A stretch of 64,000 nucleotides of DNA from Camelus ferus (Eukaryota): contig NC_045697.1 in the NCBI RefSeq assembly GCF_009834535.1, positions 73,844,001-73,908,000 on the forward strand, written 5' to 3'. The position numbers and the translations under genes were made by a program. Shown here piece by piece: positions 62,050-64,000 of this stretch (positions within the stretch are counted from its first letter, which is position 1; the number at the start of each line of letters is the position of its first letter). The notes below the pieces were generated by a model. That model saw nothing but the letters and a program-made list of their open reading frames with translations, was not told where the DNA came from and searched no databases.

Positions 62050-63770
62050 TAGGTTTTATTTATTAATTAATATACATGCTTAAAAGTTACAAAACGACAC
62101 ATTTAAAAGCAGTCTTCCTCCCAGTGCTGTTTTCCAGTCCTCTCCACTCCTTCTCCTGGAGGCAAAGTATTATCACCAGTTTCAGTGTATATTCTCCCAG
62201 AGCTGCTTTTCTTTAGTTTGGTAAATGTACAGGCTGTGGCATCCTTACACATACTGTTCTGCAGCTTGTTTGACTTCATTTAATTACCTGGAAATACTTT
62301 ATATGAAAATGTAGGTTGTTTCCAAACTTTTGCTATTGCAAAGTATTGTGCATACATTCTTTAACACATATATATGGGCATATTTGTAAAATAAGTTCTT
62401 AAAACTGAAGAATCAAAGAAGTTTCTGTGAAATTCTACGATATTGCTAAATTGTCCTCCATGGTATTTGTATTACTTTTGACTCCTGAGAACCATGCAAA
62501 GCATGTCTGTTTCCCCACATGCTTGCCAACATAGTGTATTATCAAAATTTTTCTTCTTTGCCAATTTGGGGAAAGAACTGTATCTCGTTGCAGTTTTAAT
62601 TTCCATTTCTTTTTACAAGTAATAATGGACATCTTAAAAATATTTCAGAGCCATTTGCATTTCATTTTCTGTGAACTGTCCACATCCTTTGCTCATTATT
62701 TTTTTCTTCAGTGGTTGGTCTTTATCCTGTCAGTTTGTATGGGTCCTATATATTACATTTTATGTACTTCTAACTTTGCTTATTGGTTTATTTTCGCATG
62801 CATAAATTTTACTGAACTTTATCATCTTTTATGGCTTCTAGATTTTTTTGTCACAAAGAACTTACCCAGTCATTAGATAATTATTTTTTAAGCTTTCTCA
62901 GGTTGCTTTTAATTTTCTTAGGGTTTTGTTTTCCACATTCAGATGTTAAATCCATCTAGAATACATTTTGGTGTCAGATATAAGGGACAGGTCCAACTTT
63001 ATTATTTTTCTCAGAAAACTGTCCAGTCATTCTAATGTATTTATTTGAAATGCCGTTGTTACCTTGCACCGTATTTCTATGCATGTTTAAATCTATTTCT
63101 GGACATTCTATTCTATTCCATTGGTCTTGTAAATACTGTATTATCTGTTGATGTGTAAGTACAAGCTGCTTTAAGTACAGTAGAGCTTTTGTTGCCTTTT
63201 AATAGCTTTTAATTTGGTCAGTGCCCTTCCCAGGCCACATTACGATTCTCTTCCAGATTATTCCTGGGTACCCAGTTTGCTTATTTTTTCACATGAACTT
63301 TAGAGACAGCTTCTTTAGTTCCTCAGAACATTCTGCTAGTATCTTTATGAGAGTACATTAAATGAATAGATTAATTTGACAGCTACCCAGGAACATATAC
63401 CTTTCCACTTGTTTTGTTTTTATGTTTGTGTAACCCTCAGTATTGTTTTAGAGTTTTATTCAAATAGGTCTTTCACATTTCTTTTTAAGTTTATTCGTAA
63501 TGTTTTAAAAACATTTTTTTCTATTATAGTATTTTATTCCACCAGAGCTTCTGACTGGTTGTTGCTTTTATATACCAAGGCTATTGATTTTTTTCTTCAG
63601 CTACTTTACTGAATTCTCATCAACTGTAACAACTTTTCAGCTGATTCTCTTGGTTGACCAGTATACAGTCTTATTATCTGCAAATGATAACTTCAGTGTT
63701 GCTTCCCAATGTTTATTTTCTCCTCTGTTTCATTTTTCTTAGTAAGCAATGGCTATTTTAATAGAGCTTT
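62050..63770 (-). mobile_element. Ancient LINE-1 (L1ME-like), antisense
   Basis: 'gtaggttgtttccaaacttttgctattgc', 'catgtctgtttccccacatgcttgccaacatagtgtattatcaaa', 'gtatctcgttgcagttttaatttccatttc' and 'ttatctgcaaatgataac'. ORF 62435-62632 is a decayed ORF2-end remnant. Confidence 0.85.
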
Positions 63771-64000
63771 TTTATAGTCCAAAGGGAAAATAATTTTGAT
63801 TTTTTTTTCCACTTACACCCTAGAATAAATTTAATGAGAAAACCTCGGGGAAAATAAAGCATGGTTGTATCATAAATGGGGCAGAATTGATTTTCTATAA
63901 TACATTATTTTGGGGTTTTAGTGCCCATTTCTTCCTGCTTTCCCTAGCATTTGGGCTTTGAAGTCTCCATTGGTATTGGTCTCAAAAATGTTTGAATAAA

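Noticed and set aside
2444..63612. ORFs in the supplied six-frame track as genes
   Set aside because: All are short (60-127 aa). The recognisable ones are broken L1 ORF2 pieces. The rest have biased F/L/S/C/I composition, overlap repeats on either strand and resemble no protein I know.
1..64000. Prokaryotic-style systems (CRISPR array, operon, defence island, phage)
   Set aside because: There is no gene-dense coding sequence, no repeat-spacer array and no ORF longer than 127 aa. The content is typical mammalian repeat-rich non-coding DNA.
1..64000. Known microRNA hairpins
   Set aside because: I recognised no mature miRNA sequence on either strand and no tail-to-tail L2 hairpin. An Infernal/Rfam and miRBase search would be needed to exclude them formally.

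Overview
This is mammalian genomic DNA: AT-rich, CpG-depleted and non-coding, most likely part of a very long intron or an intergenic region. It is probably from a camelid, because six copies of a tRNA-derived SINE match the Vic-1 family as I recall it. I found no protein-coding gene, RNA gene, CRISPR array or prokaryotic system that I can support. The ORFs in the track are decayed LINE-1 ORF2 fragments or chance ORFs. Much of the window is fossil transposons (L1, L2, MIR, Vic-1, MER5/MER33/MER63), several nested and several with readable target-site duplications (TSDs). The best signals lie in the repeat-free stretches, and the splice signals are all on the + strand: a candidate recursive splice site (YAG|GTAAGA at 31513/31514), a well-formed 145-nt exon with stops in all frames (24637-24781), a candidate 17-nt microexon (32019-32035), a triple AGGTCA DR2 array (34132-34161), a MEIS plus PBX-HOX composite element (about 56829-56848) and an unusually CpG-rich patch inside an old L1-like 5' end. 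The host gene could not be identified. Repeat boundaries and subfamily names come from reading by eye and are approximate.
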